Source: Marivita sp.
GTDB lineage: Bacteria > Pseudomonadota > Alphaproteobacteria > Rhodobacterales > Rhodobacteraceae
Direction of reading: 5' to 3'
NCBI RefSeq assembly: GCF_017643905.1
Contig: NZ_JAEPMO010000002.1
Coordinates: 356 to 64,355, forward strand
DNA length: 64,000 nt
In this document: positions 62,448 to 64,000 of the stretch, piece by piece
How the letters are laid out: each line of letters begins with the position of its first letter
Position numbering within the stretch: position 1 is the stretch's first letter
Program-made: the position numbers and the translations under genes
The notes under the pieces: generated by a model
Database searches by the model: none
What the model saw: the letters and a program-made list of their open reading frames with translations, nothing else
What the model was told of the DNA's origin: nothing

Positions 62448-63379
62448 CCAAGCGCGACTGGCAGTCCATCACCCTCTCGGCAGTTTTGCTGGCAGTTGCC
62501 GCCTGCCTACCGCTGACCGGCGATGCCTATATGCTGTCCATCGGCATCACCATCGCGATGTATGCCGTTCTGGCGACAAGCTGGGCGCTCTTCTCTGGCC
62601 CGACCCATTACATCTCGCTGGCGACAGCGGCGTTCTTCGGGCTTGGCACCTACACCACCGCCATCGGGATCGAGAACGGGCTGAACTACTGGGTGACGCT
62701 GCCCATCGCGGCCGTCCTTGGCGCGGTGCTGGCAGTGCTGGTCGGCTTGGCGACGCTCCGCCTGTCGGGGGTCTATTTCGTGATCTTCACGTTGGGTCTG
62801 GCCGAACTGGTGCGGCAGGTGGTGACGTGGGGGCAGAACTTGTCGGGTCAAAAGGGCCTCTACGTTCTGACCGACATCACCGAGGTCCACATCTACTGGC
62901 AACTGCTGGTCCTGGCCGCAATCGTCTATCTGACCGGCTGGGCCATCGGACGGTCGCGCCTTGGCTTTGCCCTGCGCATCATCGGGGATGATGAAGAGGT
63001 CGCGCGCCATTCCGGCATCAACACGTCGCGGGCGAAGATCCTGCTGTTCATGGTGTCCGGAGCCACCGCTGCCGTGGTCGGGTCGATTCTGGCACCGCGT
63101 TACATCTACATCGAACCCGCGCTGGCGTTTACGCCGATGCTGTCGTTTCTCGTGGTGATCATGGCACTGCTCGGTGGCACGGGTCGGCTGTGGGGGCCGC
63201 TGGTCGGCGTGATCCCATTCACCCTGCTGTGGGAGGCGATCTCGTCCAGCTTCCCGAACCAGACGACGCTGCTTCTGGGCCTCAGCTTTCTGGTGATCGT
63301 CTACCTGCTGCCGCGCGGGTTTGTCGGCCTGATCGAAAGCGGCAAGCGGAAATTGCGGGAACGGGAGGCGTTTGCATGA
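62444..63379 (+). CDS. branched-chain-type ABC transporter permease (LivM-like)
   Basis: 311 aa. It is joined to both neighbours by ATGA overlaps. Confidence 0.88.
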   Translation: MTKRDWQSITLSAVLLAVAACLPLTGDAYMLSIGITIAMYAVLATSWALFSGPTHYISLATAAFFGLGTYTTAIGIENGLNYWVTLPIAAVLGAVLAVLVGLATLRLSGVYFVIFTLGLAELVRQVVTWGQNLSGQKGLYVLTDITEVHIYWQLLVLAAIVYLTGWAIGRSRLGFALRIIGDDEEVARHSGINTSRAKILLFMVSGATAAVVGSILAPRYIYIEPALAFTPMLSFLVVIMALLGGTGRLWGPLVGVIPFTLLWEAISSSFPNQTTLLLGLSFLVIVYLLPRGFVGLIESGKRKLREREAFA

Positions 63380-64000
63380 CGACCGGAGCCATCGTTCTGT
63401 CCCTGCGCGGGGCGACCAAACGCTTTGGCGGGCTTGTCGCCGTGAATGACATGGATTTCGACGTGACCGAGCACGAGGTGCTGGGTCTGATCGGCCCGAA
63501 CGGGTCGGGCAAGTCTACGACGCTGAACCTGATCTCCGGCGCGTTGAAACCGACCGAGGGCACGATTTCCCTGCGCGGCACCCCGATTTCGCATCTTTCC
63601 GCGGCGGACATCGCCCGGCGGGGCATTGCCCGGACGTTCCAACTCGTGCGCCTGCTGCCGTCGATGACCGTTCTGGAAAACGTCCGCGCCGGTGCCGTGT
63701 TCGGCCATCGCCGCCGCTGGGGGGCCGAGGCGGATGCACATGCACTGCGTATGCTGGCGCTGGTAGGGCTGGACCGCAGGGCGAACGCCCATGTCGGCGA
63801 GCTGACCTATATCGACACCAAACGTGTCGAACTGGCCCGCGTGCTGGCCTCGGAACCCAAGGTTTTGCTGCTCGACGAATGGCTGGCCGGGCTGAACCCG
63901 ACCGAGCTTGAGGAAGGCATCGCGCTGATCAAACGGCTGCGCGACGAAGGGCGCACGATCATTCTGGTGGAACACGTGATGGACGCGATCCGGTCGCTGT
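63376..64000 (+). CDS. ABC transporter ATP-binding protein (LivG-like), truncated by the window end
   Basis: Not in the ORF track because it has no stop. My translation from ATG 63376 is MTTGAIVLSLRGATKRFGGLVAVNDMDFDVTEHEVLGLIGPNGSGKST... (Walker A), with the later LLLDE Walker B. Confidence 0.85.
   Translation, partial: MTTGAIVLSLRGATKRFGGLVAVNDMDFDVTEHEVLGLIGPNGSGKSTTLNLISGALKPTEGTISLRGTPISHLSAADIARRGIARTFQLVRLLPSMTVLENVRAGAVFGHRRRWGAEADAHALRMLALVGLDRRANAHVGELTYIDTKRVELARVLASEPKVLLLDEWLAGLNPTELEEGIALIKRLRDEGRTIILVEHVMDAIRSL

Overview
The window is a densely coding, visibly GC-rich chromosomal segment. Gene content, synteny and protein similarity suggest an alphaproteobacterium of Rhodobacterales type; this is an inference, and no search was run. 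I support about 60 protein genes. I recognised no rRNA, tRNA, CRISPR array, transposase, integrase or prophage genes.

Content from left to right:
- 1-4.5 kb: a YeeE/YedE sulfur transporter, an EEP-family nuclease/phosphatase, a DjlA-like J-protein, and a GNAT plus VOC gene pair.
- 4.5-16 kb: the propionyl-CoA/methylmalonyl-CoA module. It holds methylmalonyl-CoA mutase, pccA, pccB and the ScfR/PccR-type regulator. Four small envelope-protein ORFs separate pccB from pccA, and TTTGCAA(A) repeat boxes lie upstream of pccB and pccR.
- 16-19.3 kb: an AmpD-type amidase, an Excalibur-domain lipoprotein, and gatA-gatC.
- 19.4-23.1 kb: a GAF/HWE histidine kinase next to an isolated bchE-bchJ pair (anaerobic Mg-protoporphyrin cyclase). 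FNR-like and PpsR-like boxes lie upstream of bchE.
- 23-28.5 kb: an MBL-fold hydrolase, a very acidic OmpA-family protein, metY, and a quinone oxidoreductase.
- 28.5-39 kb: a Rhizobium-type glycerol operon (glpD, two ABC ATPases, two permeases, DUF2160, binding protein, glpK, divergent glpR). Its intercistronic gaps carry a family of composite palindromic repeats.
- 39-45 kb: cobQ, then a LacI-controlled HisD-paralog/SDR/Zn-ADH module resembling the DHPS genes hpsN/O/P.
- 45-51 kb: a Usp protein, MscS, and the fructose ABC system frcBCA with a divergent ROK regulator.
- 51-64 kb: an aromatic-compound island. It holds an arylamine N-acetyltransferase, a XylE-type extradiol dioxygenase, a TRAP transporter, a LigM-like THF-dependent O-demethylase, a GntR regulator, an AraC regulator, an aldehyde dehydrogenase and a Liv-type ABC transporter.

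I did not find a clear-cut novel system such as a defence island, a biosynthetic cluster or a mobile element. The most interesting items are the LigM/TRAP/extradiol/NAT combination, the hpsNOP-like module, the orphan bchEJ locus with its regulatory boxes, two intergenic palindromic repeat families, and an amidase gene whose essential N-terminus lacks a canonical start codon.

All calls come from reading the ORF translations and the DNA by eye.
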